A stretch of DNA of 64,000 nucleotides from Candidatus Gastranaerophilales bacterium. Its GTDB lineage: Bacteria; Cyanobacteriota; Vampirovibrionia; Gastranaerophilales; Gastranaerophilaceae. The position numbers and the translations under genes were made by a program. Below are positions 50,127 through 59,179 of the stretch, piece after piece. The stretch is from contig CANQJT010000006.1 of NCBI GenBank assembly GCA_947624325.1, positions 34,147 to 98,146 on the forward strand, written 5' to 3'. The notes below the pieces were generated by a model, which saw nothing but the letters and a program-made list of their open reading frames with translations, searched no databases and had not been told where the DNA came from. Positions within the stretch are counted from its first letter, which is position 1. Each line of letters opens with the position of its first letter.

Positions 50127-50566
50127 TATTTAGCCTCCGTTTCATTATAAACTACAGGTTTTTGAGCAGCATGAGGATGCTCGGAGCCTGCATATACTTT
50201 TAATTTATTGAATTGTTCCTGTCCTAAAGTATTGTGCGGTAACATACCTTTGATTGCTTTTTCAATAACTTTAGTAGAATCTTTTTCCATTAATTCTTTA
50301 AAAGATGCTGATTTTAAACCACCGGGATAACCTGTGTGGTGATAATAAATCTTACCTGTTTCTTTTTTACCTGTTACTGTAATTTTATCCGCATTAATAA
50401 TAATTACAAAATCACCTGTATCAACGTTAGGTGTGTATTGCGGTTTGTTCTTACCTCTTAAAATGTTTGCAGCTAATACTGCTAATCTGCCTAAAGTTTG
50501 ACCTTCGGCATCAAGCAAATACCATTTCCTTTCTACTTCAAGAGGTTTAGCTGAATATGTTTTCAT
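50126..50566 (-). CDS. rplM: 50S ribosomal protein L13
   Basis: [15 protein letters not shown]...[20 protein letters not shown]...[10 protein letters not shown]. Confidence 0.96.
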   Translation of the reverse strand: MKTYSAKPLEVERKWYLLDAEGQTLGRLAVLAANILRGKNKPQYTPNVDTGDFVIIINADKITVTGKKETGKIYYHHTGYPGGLKSASFKELMEKDSTKVIEKAIKGMLPHNTLGQEQFNKLKVYAGSEHPHAAQKPVVYNETEAK

Positions 50567-51342
50567 AAGCTTTCTCCATTTATATTATTATATATTACTT
50601 CTACTAATGTTAAGCCCTCAGGGCTTATGGTCGAACCTGCTTTTGTTTTATCCTTCGAATCTAAGATATCTTTAAGTGTTTCAGGGGCTAAAGATTTTCT
50701 TTGAATCATCAGGAGAGTTCCGACGATCGATCTGATCATATTGTACAAAAACCTGTCTGCAATAAAGTCAATGTATATAAATTCGCCGTCTTTTACGGCA
50801 TGCGCTTTATACATTTTGCATATTTTAGCCGGATTAGCTGTTTTTACTTTCTTAAATGAAGTAAAATCATGCTCACCTACCAGATATGAAAGTGCTTTAT
50901 TCATACTTTCAACATCCAAAGGATATTTGACTAATAAACAATTTTCGTCCCACGCACTTCGTTGAGTTCTGTTCACAATCGTATATCTGTAATGTCTTGC
51001 TTTAGCACTCTTTTGTGCGTGAAACGGCTTTTCTACTTTTATTAATTCTTTTACACTGATTGTTTTAGGTAAAATCCCGTTTAAAGAATTAACGAACTTA
51101 CTCGGATTTAGTTCAAACTCAGTATCAAAGTGGGCGGTCTGCCCTTTAGCATGAACACCGGCATCGGTTCTGCCTGAGAAAATTGTTTTGGTTTTTGTTT
51201 TTGTCAACGTACTGATTGCTTTTTCCACTTCCGTTTGTATTGTTTTAACGGATTTATTCGTGTTAGGCATGTTTTGCGGCTGCTTTTGGCTGCCCTGATA
51301 GTCTGTACCTATATACTCAATTGTTATTAAGTATCTTTGCAT
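50563..51342 (-). CDS. truA: tRNA pseudouridine(38-40) synthase
   Basis: [18 protein letters not shown], catalytic GRTDAGVHA and [14 protein letters not shown] motifs. Confidence 0.9.
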   Translation of the reverse strand: MQRYLITIEYIGTDYQGSQKQPQNMPNTNKSVKTIQTEVEKAISTLTKTKTKTIFSGRTDAGVHAKGQTAHFDTEFELNPSKFVNSLNGILPKTISVKELIKVEKPFHAQKSAKARHYRYTIVNRTQRSAWDENCLLVKYPLDVESMNKALSYLVGEHDFTSFKKVKTANPAKICKMYKAHAVKDGEFIYIDFIADRFLYNMIRSIVGTLLMIQRKSLAPETLKDILDSKDKTKAGSTISPEGLTLVEVIYNNINGESL

Positions 51343-51770
51343 TATACTAACTGGATTAATGCCATTTCTACGCCGTCGCCGCGTCTTGGCGGTAAGTGAA
51401 ATATTCTTGTATATCCGCCGTTTCTGCTTTCATATTGTTTGCCGATTTCAGAAAATAATTTCTTTAAAACAGTTTGAGGTATTAACTTTTTACCTTCTTG
51501 AAGGCTGTCAAATATTTCACCTGTTTTGCTGTCGACAAATTTTGATGTTTCAACATCAAATATGAACTTAGCAGCCTGTCTTCTTGCATGTAAATCGCCT
51601 CTTTTTGCGAGAGTTATTATTTCTTCGGCATAAGGTTTAAGTGCTTTTGCTTTTGAAATAGTTGTTTTGATTTCGCCATGTAAGAACAGTTCTGTTGCTA
51701 AAGATCTCAACAAGGCATTTCTTTGGTCTTGCGGTCTTGAGAGTCTGTTTCTTGTGCATTGGTGTCTCAT
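51342..51770 (-). CDS. rplQ: 50S ribosomal protein L17
   Basis: MRHQCTRNRLSRPQDQRNALLRSLATELFLHGEIKTT. The stop overlaps the truA ATG (TAATG). Confidence 0.95.
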   Translation of the reverse strand: MRHQCTRNRLSRPQDQRNALLRSLATELFLHGEIKTTISKAKALKPYAEEIITLAKRGDLHARRQAAKFIFDVETSKFVDSKTGEIFDSLQEGKKLIPQTVLKKLFSEIGKQYESRNGGYTRIFHLPPRRGDGVEMALIQLV

Positions 51771-51788
51771 TTTTATTTATCCTTTTAA

Positions 51789-52763
51789 TTAAACTTCCTC
51801 AAGTTCAACACCTTCTGGGTTCGGTTGAAGTTCCAAACCTACTTGGTGTAATTTTTCTATTACTTCATCGGAAGATTTTTTACCGAAATTTTTAATATTC
51901 AATAAATCATGTTCCGATTTTTTAAGCAGTTCAGCTAAAGAATTGATACTTGCTCTTTTTAAGCAGTTATATGCTCTTACGGACAATTCCAAATCTTCAA
52001 TTGAAATACTTGGTGCTTGTGCTTCCTCTTCAACTTCTTCTACTACCTGATGGCTTGGAAGAACAGCCGGCTGACCTGTTATTGAAGCTATTTGCATAAA
52101 GTGTTCAATTAATAAGTTAGCTGCCTGACTTAAAGCACTTGATACATCAATACTTCCGTTTGACCAGATTTCAAGTGTTAATTTATCATAGTCAACTACG
52201 TCGCCTACACGAGTATTTTCTACATTGTAGCTTACTCTCTTTATAGGCATGAATGATGCATCTATAGGTAATAAATCTATAGGAATATTACCTTTATTTT
52301 CTTTTAATACATCAACGGTTCTGTATCCTTTACCTGTTTCAACGGTAATATCTGCAGAAATGCTTCCGCCTTCCGAGATAGTACATATTAACCAGTCAGG
52401 ATTTACAACCTTAACACCTGCAGGCAATTGAAGGTCGCTTGCAAGTACCGGTCCGGGTCTATCAACATCCAATCTTAAATGTTGAGGATTTTTATCCTCT
52501 GTTTTTACCGTTAAACCTTTTAAGTTTAACATGATGTCGATTGCATCTTCAACAATTCCGGGGATTGAAGTATATTCGTGAGTAATACCTTCAATTCTGA
52601 TTGATGTAACAGCAGCACCTTCCAATGATGATAATAATACTCTTCTTAAAGCATTACCGATTGTTGTACCAAAACCTTTTTCCAACGGTTCTACTACGAA
52701 TTTACCGTACTGTGAACCATCTGAAGATGTTGTTGTATTTATACATTTAATTTTTAATTCCAT
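51789..52763 (-). CDS. rpoA: DNA-directed RNA polymerase alpha subunit
   Basis: PLEKGFGTTIGNALRRVLLSSLEGAAVTSIRIEG and C-terminal-domain LELSVRAYNCLKRASI. Confidence 0.97.
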   Translation of the reverse strand: MELKIKCINTTTSSDGSQYGKFVVEPLEKGFGTTIGNALRRVLLSSLEGAAVTSIRIEGITHEYTSIPGIVEDAIDIMLNLKGLTVKTEDKNPQHLRLDVDRPGPVLASDLQLPAGVKVVNPDWLICTISEGGSISADITVETGKGYRTVDVLKENKGNIPIDLLPIDASFMPIKRVSYNVENTRVGDVVDYDKLTLEIWSNGSIDVSSALSQAANLLIEHFMQIASITGQPAVLPSHQVVEEVEEEAQAPSISIEDLELSVRAYNCLKRASINSLAELLKKSEHDLLNIKNFGKKSSDEVIEKLHQVGLELQPNPEGVELEEV

Positions 52764-52782
52764 TGTATTTTATCTCCTACAA

Positions 52783-53385
52783 TTATTTAGAATAATACTC
52801 GATTACAAGCTGTTCTTTTATTTCAGGGTCTAGTTCTTCACGTTCGGGGATTCTGTCAAAAGTAACCTTCATGGCATCTTTATCTATAGTAATCCACTGA
52901 GGTGCTAATGCTAAATCAATTGATTCAGCAACTGATTTAATAAAATCAGCACTGCTTGATTTAAATGTTATAACTTCACCCGGCTTTACGGTATAAGAAG
53001 GAATATCTACTCTTTTACCGTTTACAAGAACATGCCCGTGATTAACAATTTGTCTTGCTTGTTTTCTTGAAATAGCATATCCTGTTCTGAAAATAATGTT
53101 ATCAAGTCTTGATTCCAATAATTGTAAAAGAACCGTACCTGTAACACCTTTATTTCTGCTTGCTTCGTTGTAATATCTAACGAATTGTTTTTCGCTTAAT
53201 AAGTATGTTAAGCGGATTTTTTGCTTTTCATTTAAGTGAATAGCATATTCTGAAAGCTTCTTTCTTGCGGCACCATGCTGACCGGAAGCGTTTTGTCTTA
53301 AGGACGAAACCAGCTTTCTGTTTGATAAATCCGTAACTCCGTAGTTACGAAATAATTTATTTGATGGTCCTGTATACTTAGCCAA
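52783..53385 (-). CDS. rpsD: 30S ribosomal protein S4
   Basis: MAKYTGPSNKLFRNYG...LESRLDNIIFRTGYAISRKQARQIVNHGHVLVNGKRVDIPSY. Confidence 0.96.
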   Translation of the reverse strand: MAKYTGPSNKLFRNYGVTDLSNRKLVSSLRQNASGQHGAARKKLSEYAIHLNEKQKIRLTYLLSEKQFVRYYNEASRNKGVTGTVLLQLLESRLDNIIFRTGYAISRKQARQIVNHGHVLVNGKRVDIPSYTVKPGEVITFKSSSADFIKSVAESIDLALAPQWITIDKDAMKVTFDRIPEREELDPEIKEQLVIEYYSK

Positions 53386-53408
53386 TTTATGACTCCTTAC
53401 TTTTCTTG

Positions 53409-53795
53409 TTATACTCTACGTTTTTTTGGAGGACGGCAGCCGTTATGAGGAATAGGTGTAACGTCCTTAATTAATGTGATTTCGAGTCCTGCAGCTTGAA
53501 TAGCTCTTATAGCTGTTTCTCTGCCTGACCCGGGTCCTTTGATATAAACTTCAACTTTTTTCATACCTTGGTCTATTGATTGTTTTGCAACTTTTTCTGC
53601 TGCAGATTGTGCTGCAAACGGTGTACCTTTTCTTGCGCCTTTAAATCCGCATCCGCCTGCTGATGCCCAAGCAATAGCATTACCTTGAGTATCCGTTGAA
53701 GTTACGATTGTATTATTAAAGGTTGATTGTATATGTACAACACCTTGTAATACATTCTTTTTTTCTTTCTTTTTTGTTTTTACCGGTCTAGCCAT
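53409..53795 (-). CDS. rpsK: 30S ribosomal protein S11
   Basis: [30 protein letters not shown]...[12 protein letters not shown]. Confidence 0.96.
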   Translation of the reverse strand: MARPVKTKKKEKKNVLQGVVHIQSTFNNTIVTSTDTQGNAIAWASAGGCGFKGARKGTPFAAQSAAEKVAKQSIDQGMKKVEVYIKGPGSGRETAIRAIQAAGLEITLIKDVTPIPHNGCRPPKKRRV

Positions 53796-53810
53796 TGTTT
53801 ATATTACTCC

Positions 53811-54182
53811 TTAAATTGTTTTCTTGTTGGCGATTGGGCCTGATTTCTTACCACGTCTTGTTCTTGCATTTGTTTTTGTTCTTTGTCCTCTTGCAGGAAG
53901 TTTACGTCTGTGACGCATTCCTCTGTAAGAATTGATTTCACTCAATCTCTTGATGTTTACTGATTCTTCTCTTCTTAAATCACCTTCGATTGTGTAATGA
54001 GATAATTCATCTCTTAATTGTTTAATATTGTCATCTGTTAAATCGTCTGTTCTTAAGTCTTCAGAGATTCCGCATGCTGCCAATATTTTTGCACTTCTGG
54101 TTGGTCCTATTCCGTAGATATAGGTAAGTGCAACTACCATTCTCTTATTACGAGGTAAATCTACCCCGGCAAGTCTTGCCAT
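53811..54182 (-). CDS. rpsM: 30S ribosomal protein S13
   Basis: [26 protein letters not shown]...[26 protein letters not shown]. Confidence 0.96.
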   Translation of the reverse strand: MARLAGVDLPRNKRMVVALTYIYGIGPTRSAKILAACGISEDLRTDDLTDDNIKQLRDELSHYTIEGDLRREESVNIKRLSEINSYRGMRHRRKLPARGQRTKTNARTRRGKKSGPIANKKTI

Positions 54183-54240
54183 AATTTCTCCTTTTGTTTA
54201 TGTTTTTACTTTGATTGTTTTTGTTTTTTGGTTTCCGCTT

Positions 54241-54641
54241 GGATACGGGTTTGTTGCTCCCTCGGGCTCGTTCGGGTGCAGCGGCACCTTTAAAATTTGG
54301 TCTAACTTATTTATATTCGAGCCAAACTTTAAACCGGCTCTGCCGGCGCCCTACGGAAAATCAGCCTTGAAATTGCTTTTCGCTCGCTGCTGTCGTTGGC
54401 TTCGCTCCGTTGTCACCAACTTCGCTGTCCTGATTATTCGTCCTGCTCGCCCCTTCATTCCGCTTCGGAATTTCATTCCTGTCGCTCCATCGGGACTTCG
54501 CTTTGTTACGGGTTTCGCTTCGCTTCACCCTAGCGAAAATCGTCTTGAAATTGTTTCCCGCTCAAGCCTGTCGTTCGTTCGCCTTTGGCTGTCCTCACTT
54601 CGGCTTTCGCTACCCGGATTATCATCCGTCCGCAATTTCGC
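54241..54641. repeat. hairpin-repeat unit plus about 290 nt of GC-rich degenerate repeats (locus D) between rpmJ and rpsM
   Basis: GTTTGTTGCTCCCTCGGGCTCGTTC + GGTGC-AGCG-GCACC (54275-54288) + linker + CCGGC-TCT-GCCGG (54334-54346) + CGCC. Two degenerate units follow, each opening with CCCTA(C/G)(G/C)GAAAATC..CTTGAAATTG (54349 and 54528), pyrimidine-rich on the + strand. Confidence 0.85.
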
Positions 54642-54755
54642 TCAGCCTTGTCTTTGTTTGTGTTTCGGGTTTTCGCAAATTATTGCTACTCTGCCTTTTC
54701 TTTTTATTACTTTGCATTTATCACAAAGCGGTTTTACTGATGCTCTAACTTTCAT
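54642..54755 (-). CDS. rpmJ: 50S ribosomal protein L36
   Basis: Too short for the ORF track. The minus strand translates to [37 protein letters not shown] plus a stop. Confidence 0.95.
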   Translation of the reverse strand: MKVRASVKPLCDKCKVIKRKGRVAIICENPKHKQRQG

Positions 54756-54832
54756 GACTTTTTCCTTTATTTTTATCTTCTGATTTTTTCTTGCGCTAAA
54801 CTGCTTATTCTCTTTCTGACTTTATTGCAGTT

Positions 54833-55048
54833 CTACTTCAATCTGTATGTTATTCTGCCTCTTGTTAAATCATATGGAGTCATTTCTACTTTGACTTTGT
54901 CTCCGGGTAATATCTTAATAAAGTTTTTTCTTATTTTCCCTGAGATATGTGCTAAAATCTCATGCCCGTTCTCAAGCCCTACTCTAAACATAGCATTCGG
55001 CAGTGATTCCAATATCGTTCCTTCGAATTCTATTACGTCTTTTGACAT
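54833..55048 (-). CDS. infA: translation initiation factor IF-1
   Basis: [69 protein letters not shown]. Confidence 0.97.
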   Translation of the reverse strand: MSKDVIEFEGTILESLPNAMFRVGLENGHEILAHISGKIRKNFIKILPGDKVKVEMTPYDLTRGRITYRLK

Positions 55049-55340
55049 ATTTTCCTCATTTTTAAATTGTCAATAAAAATATCGTACATGTTAAATTTTT
55101 CAAATCAAGCCCTTTTTTCTTATACTGTTTTATTTTTTAGCTTTTTTATTTTATTTTATTCTTATTGTTTTTTTAATTTAAAGAAATACACACTGATTTT
55201 GCGATTATCTTAATCACCTATTTTCACTATTTTTTAAGTATTATGTAAATTTTTCTTAACATATTCAATGTTTTTTATCTTTATTTAAACAATTGATTAT
55301 CGTTATTTATCTTTATAATTTGCATGTTATTATTTTAAAT

Positions 55341-56291
55341 ATGAAAAAATTATTTCACATTATTAAAATATTAATTTTTAATACACTTTTATTTGCTCTA
55401 TTGATATGTATTTGTGACTTTTTTATATACGGTTATAATTATGTAAATTATAAATATTTATTTAAAAAATCGTGTTTTAAATACATGCTTAAAGCAAACT
55501 ATTTAATAGATTTTAATACATATTTTGACGGTTCTGACAATGTTTATCAGGGTCGCAAACCTGACGGTTTAGAGTATACCAATAAACCTCCGATTGTAAT
55601 TTTTGGATGTTCTTTTGTTCAGGGACAGTTCTTAAATTATTATCAAACCGTCAGTTATAAACTTGCAAATATTCTCAAAAGACCGGTTTACAACAGAGGT
55701 ATTGCAGGCAAAGGAATTCAACATATGTACTGGCAATCCGTCAGCCAAAGTTTTTATAATGATGTTCCGCCTGCCGATGATGTAATTTATATATTTATTG
55801 ATGACCATTACCGACGGTTATATCTTTTCTTTTTAGATATTCTTGATTTACATTTAAACGGTCATTTTTCCGTAAAAAATAATAATATTATTCCGGATAA
55901 TGAAAAAAATTATTTGGGAAATCTTATAAAATCTTCCTACACTTTTAAATTATTAAACTCTAAATATGTTAATTTTTATATTAATAATCCTAAAAATGCA
56001 GAAAAAATAACAGATGATGTTTTAACATATTTTATTAAAACCAGAGAAAATCTTGAAAGTCACTGGCATAAAAAAATTAATTTTACTGTTATTATTTTTG
56101 ATTCTTATATAAAATACGGTGACTTGCTTATAAAAAAATTAAAAGATAACAATTTCAAAGTTATTGAAATTAAAGAATTAACACAAGAAGACTTAACTCA
56201 AAAAGAATATGTTTCCGAAAAAACTAATCATCCGACTGAAAAATGCTGGGATTTACTTGCTCCCTTAATTGCAGAAAAATTAAATTTATAA
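55341..56291 (+). CDS. membrane-anchored hypothetical protein, possibly SGNH-like
   Basis: N-terminal TM segment, VIFGCSFVQGQ (GDS-like block I) and NHPTEKCW near the C-terminus (block V-like). I prefer ATG at 55341 over the track TTG at 55293. Confidence 0.35.
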   Translation: MKKLFHIIKILIFNTLLFALLICICDFFIYGYNYVNYKYLFKKSCFKYMLKANYLIDFNTYFDGSDNVYQGRKPDGLEYTNKPPIVIFGCSFVQGQFLNYYQTVSYKLANILKRPVYNRGIAGKGIQHMYWQSVSQSFYNDVPPADDVIYIFIDDHYRRLYLFFLDILDLHLNGHFSVKNNNIIPDNEKNYLGNLIKSSYTFKLLNSKYVNFYINNPKNAEKITDDVLTYFIKTRENLESHWHKKINFTVIIFDSYIKYGDLLIKKLKDNNFKVIEIKELTQEDLTQKEYVSEKTNHPTEKCWDLLAPLIAEKLNL

Positions 56292-57578
56292 ATTAAATCT
56301 CTTATAAATTTCATTTATATTTTTCAGATAATCCAAAGTGTTAAAGCATTCTTTTATTTCTTCCGTTGAAAGATGCTTTAAAATTTCATTATCTTTTAAA
56401 AGATTATCTTCAAAACTGCCGTTATTATTAAAAGCATCAAGAGCATTTTTTTGAACAATTTTATATGCATCTTCTCGTAAAAGCCCTTTTTCGCAGAGTT
56501 TTAAAAGCACCTTTTGAGAAAAAACTATTCCTCCGAATAATTTTGTATTTTTAAGCATATTATCTTTATGTACAACAAGATTTTTTATGGTTTTATTAAG
56601 TCTTGTCAGCATATAATCAATAAGTATTGTAGAATCAGGGAAGATTATTCTTTCCGCACTTGAATGAGAAATATCTCTTTCATGCCAGAGTGCAATATTT
56701 TCCATTGCCGCAACAGAGTTTGAACGGACTATTCTGGCGAGTCCCGAAAGATTTTCGCCTGAAATCGGATTTTTCTTATGAGGCATGGCTGATGAACCTT
56801 TTTGAGCAGACGAAAAACCCTCTTCTGCTTCAAGAACTTCAGTTCTTTGAAGATGTCTTAATTCAACTGCAACCTGTTCTATTACGCATGCAATTAATGC
56901 TAAAGCCTGCTGGTATCTTGCATGGATATCACGGGCAATAATTTGGGTAGAAAATTTAGCAGGCTTTAACCCCAGATATTCACATGCCAATTTTTCTATT
57001 TCAGGATTAATATTGCTGTAAGTTCCTACAGGCCCTGAAATTTGACCGACATTGGCTTCTGTTAAAGCATTTTCAAAGTTTCTTTTATTTCTTTCAAATA
57101 AATCTATCCAACCGCAAAGTTTCACCCCGAAAGTCATCGGCTCAGCGTGAACCCCGTGTGACCTGCCTATACATATCGTTTCTTTATGTTCTTTTGCTTT
57201 TTCTTTTATTATTTCTACGAGTTCATCAATATCATTTAAAATTATTTTACCTGCATCTTTCATTTGAAGAGCTAATGCAGTATCTATGACATCCGAACTT
57301 GTCATCCCCATATGAATATAACGGGAATTTTCCCCGACATTTTCATTTACGTTAGTCAAAAAAGCAATTAAGTCATGATGAACTTCTTTTTCTATTTCAT
57401 CAATTCTTTCAACATTAAAAGAAGCTTTACTTGTTATATCTTTTAAAACCTCATCAGATATAACCCCAAGCTTGTTATATGCTTTGCATACAGCTAGTTC
57501 GACTTCAAGATAATATTGAAATTTAGAGTTTAATTCCCAAATTTTTTTCATTTCTTCTCTTGAATATCTGTCAATCAT
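56286..57578 (-). CDS. purB: adenylosuccinate lyase
   Basis: MIDRYSREEM N-terminus, SSAMPHKKNP signature loop and HERDISHSS motif. Confidence 0.95.
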   Translation of the reverse strand: MIDRYSREEMKKIWELNSKFQYYLEVELAVCKAYNKLGVISDEVLKDITSKASFNVERIDEIEKEVHHDLIAFLTNVNENVGENSRYIHMGMTSSDVIDTALALQMKDAGKIILNDIDELVEIIKEKAKEHKETICIGRSHGVHAEPMTFGVKLCGWIDLFERNKRNFENALTEANVGQISGPVGTYSNINPEIEKLACEYLGLKPAKFSTQIIARDIHARYQQALALIACVIEQVAVELRHLQRTEVLEAEEGFSSAQKGSSAMPHKKNPISGENLSGLARIVRSNSVAAMENIALWHERDISHSSAERIIFPDSTILIDYMLTRLNKTIKNLVVHKDNMLKNTKLFGGIVFSQKVLLKLCEKGLLREDAYKIVQKNALDAFNNNGSFEDNLLKDNEILKHLSTEEIKECFNTLDYLKNINEIYKRFNL

Positions 57579-57643
57579 AAAACTTCCTTTTTCAACTTTT
57601 TTATTTTACAATAAGTGCATAAAGAGTTCAAGGAAGGTATATT

Positions 57644-59176
57644 ATGAATAAATTGCCCTTTTTCTATGATATTACTTTAAGAGACGGAAATCAGTCATTA
57701 AAAAAACCGTGGAATACTTACGAAAAGGAAATTATATTTAAACACCTTACGGAACTCGGAGTTCAAGGGGTAGAAGCAGGGTTTGCTGCCGCATCCGATA
57801 TGGATTATGAAGCATGCTCCCATTTAGCATCTATAGCACCTGATAATATTGTTATTTCTGCACTTGCAAGATGCGTAGAAAACGATATTACAAAAGCTTA
57901 TGAATCCATTAAATCCGCACCAAAAAAGAGAATTCATACTTTTATTGCCATGAGCCCATTTAATATGGAGTATGTTTTAAATAAAACCCCTGAACAAGTC
58001 AGAAAACAAGCAATAGAAGCGGTAAGTTTTGCTAAAAATATTATGGGAAATGACGGAGAAGTACAATTTTCCGTTGAGCATTTCGGAGATTGCCGTGAAA
58101 ATATAGATTTTGTTATAGATACACTTCAAGAAATTGTTAAAGCCGGCGCAAATGTTATTAATCTGCCTAATACTGTTGAAAGAACAAGACCTAAAACCTT
58201 TATAGAACTGGTAGAGAAAGTATATAATGCACTTCCAAAAGACATTATAATATCCGTTCATAATCATAATGACCTTGGAATGGCAACAGCGGTAACAGTT
58301 GAAAGTTATTTTGCCGGTGCAGTACAATTAGAATGCGCACTAAACGGTTTAGGCGAAAGAGCCGGTAATACAAATCTGTACGAAGTTGCCGTAGCTCTTT
58401 ATAATTCAGGGGTTGAAGTACCTTTAAATCTTTCCAAAATATATGAACTTGCTTTAACTATTTCTGATATGTCAAAAGTTAAAATATACGAAAAAGCACC
58501 ATTGATAGGACCTGATGCTTTAGCGCACAGAAGCGGTATCCACCAAGACGGCGCAGTTAAAACAAAAGATATGCAAAAAGGAGCTTATAGACCTATTCAT
58601 CCTTCATTAATAGGCAGAAAAGATGATGAAAAGCTGGGATTTACTTCCCAATCAGGAAAAACAGCCATATACGAAATTATTACGGAGGCAGGATATCCTA
58701 TTACCCTTCAGGAAGCTCAAAGAATTGCTCCGTTTGCTAAAGAAACTGCGGAAAAAATCGGAGAACTTTCAACTAAAAATATTATCGATATTTACTTTAA
58801 TCAGGTATTTAATGTTCAAGGTGCTTTCACTCTTTGCAGTATGGAAAAACTTCAAGATAATATAAGCCTGCATTTTAAATATAATGACAAAGAATATGAT
58901 ATTAAATTATCAGGTAACGGGCCTGTTGATGCCTGCATTAAAGCTATTCAAAAAGCAGGATTTAACTGTGAACTTTTACACTATGAACAGCAGGCATTAA
59001 ATGAAGAAATTATGGGCTCCGGTGCAACTGCTATGAGTATTATGCATTTTAAAACTCCTAACGGTGATTCAATTATATCAAGAGGACTTGATGAAAGTAC
59101 CGTAAAAGCCAATATTAAAGCTATTTTCAACGGGTTGAATATTATTGAAAACCTTTACTCAAAAACTAAGGGATAA
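57644..59176 (+). CDS. leuA: 2-isopropylmalate synthase
   Basis: DITLRDGNQS, VHNHNDLGMATA, and HRSGIHQDG motifs plus a C-terminal LeuA-dimer-like regulatory domain. Confidence 0.8.
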   Translation: MNKLPFFYDITLRDGNQSLKKPWNTYEKEIIFKHLTELGVQGVEAGFAAASDMDYEACSHLASIAPDNIVISALARCVENDITKAYESIKSAPKKRIHTFIAMSPFNMEYVLNKTPEQVRKQAIEAVSFAKNIMGNDGEVQFSVEHFGDCRENIDFVIDTLQEIVKAGANVINLPNTVERTRPKTFIELVEKVYNALPKDIIISVHNHNDLGMATAVTVESYFAGAVQLECALNGLGERAGNTNLYEVAVALYNSGVEVPLNLSKIYELALTISDMSKVKIYEKAPLIGPDALAHRSGIHQDGAVKTKDMQKGAYRPIHPSLIGRKDDEKLGFTSQSGKTAIYEIITEAGYPITLQEAQRIAPFAKETAEKIGELSTKNIIDIYFNQVFNVQGAFTLCSMEKLQDNISLHFKYNDKEYDIKLSGNGPVDACIKAIQKAGFNCELLHYEQQALNEEIMGSGATAMSIMHFKTPNGDSIISRGLDESTVKANIKAIFNGLNIIENLYSKTKG

Positions 59177-59179
59177 AAA

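Noticed and set aside
54211-54783. 190 aa + strand ORF (and nested 81 aa ORF 54503..54748) spanning the rpmJ-rpsM spacer
   Set aside because: It is antisense to the bona fide rpmJ (54642-54755) and reads straight through the GC-rich repeat. Its sequence is low-complexity (F/L/S/R-rich) and it has no start context. A long open frame is expected by chance in a stop-poor, pyrimidine-rich tract.
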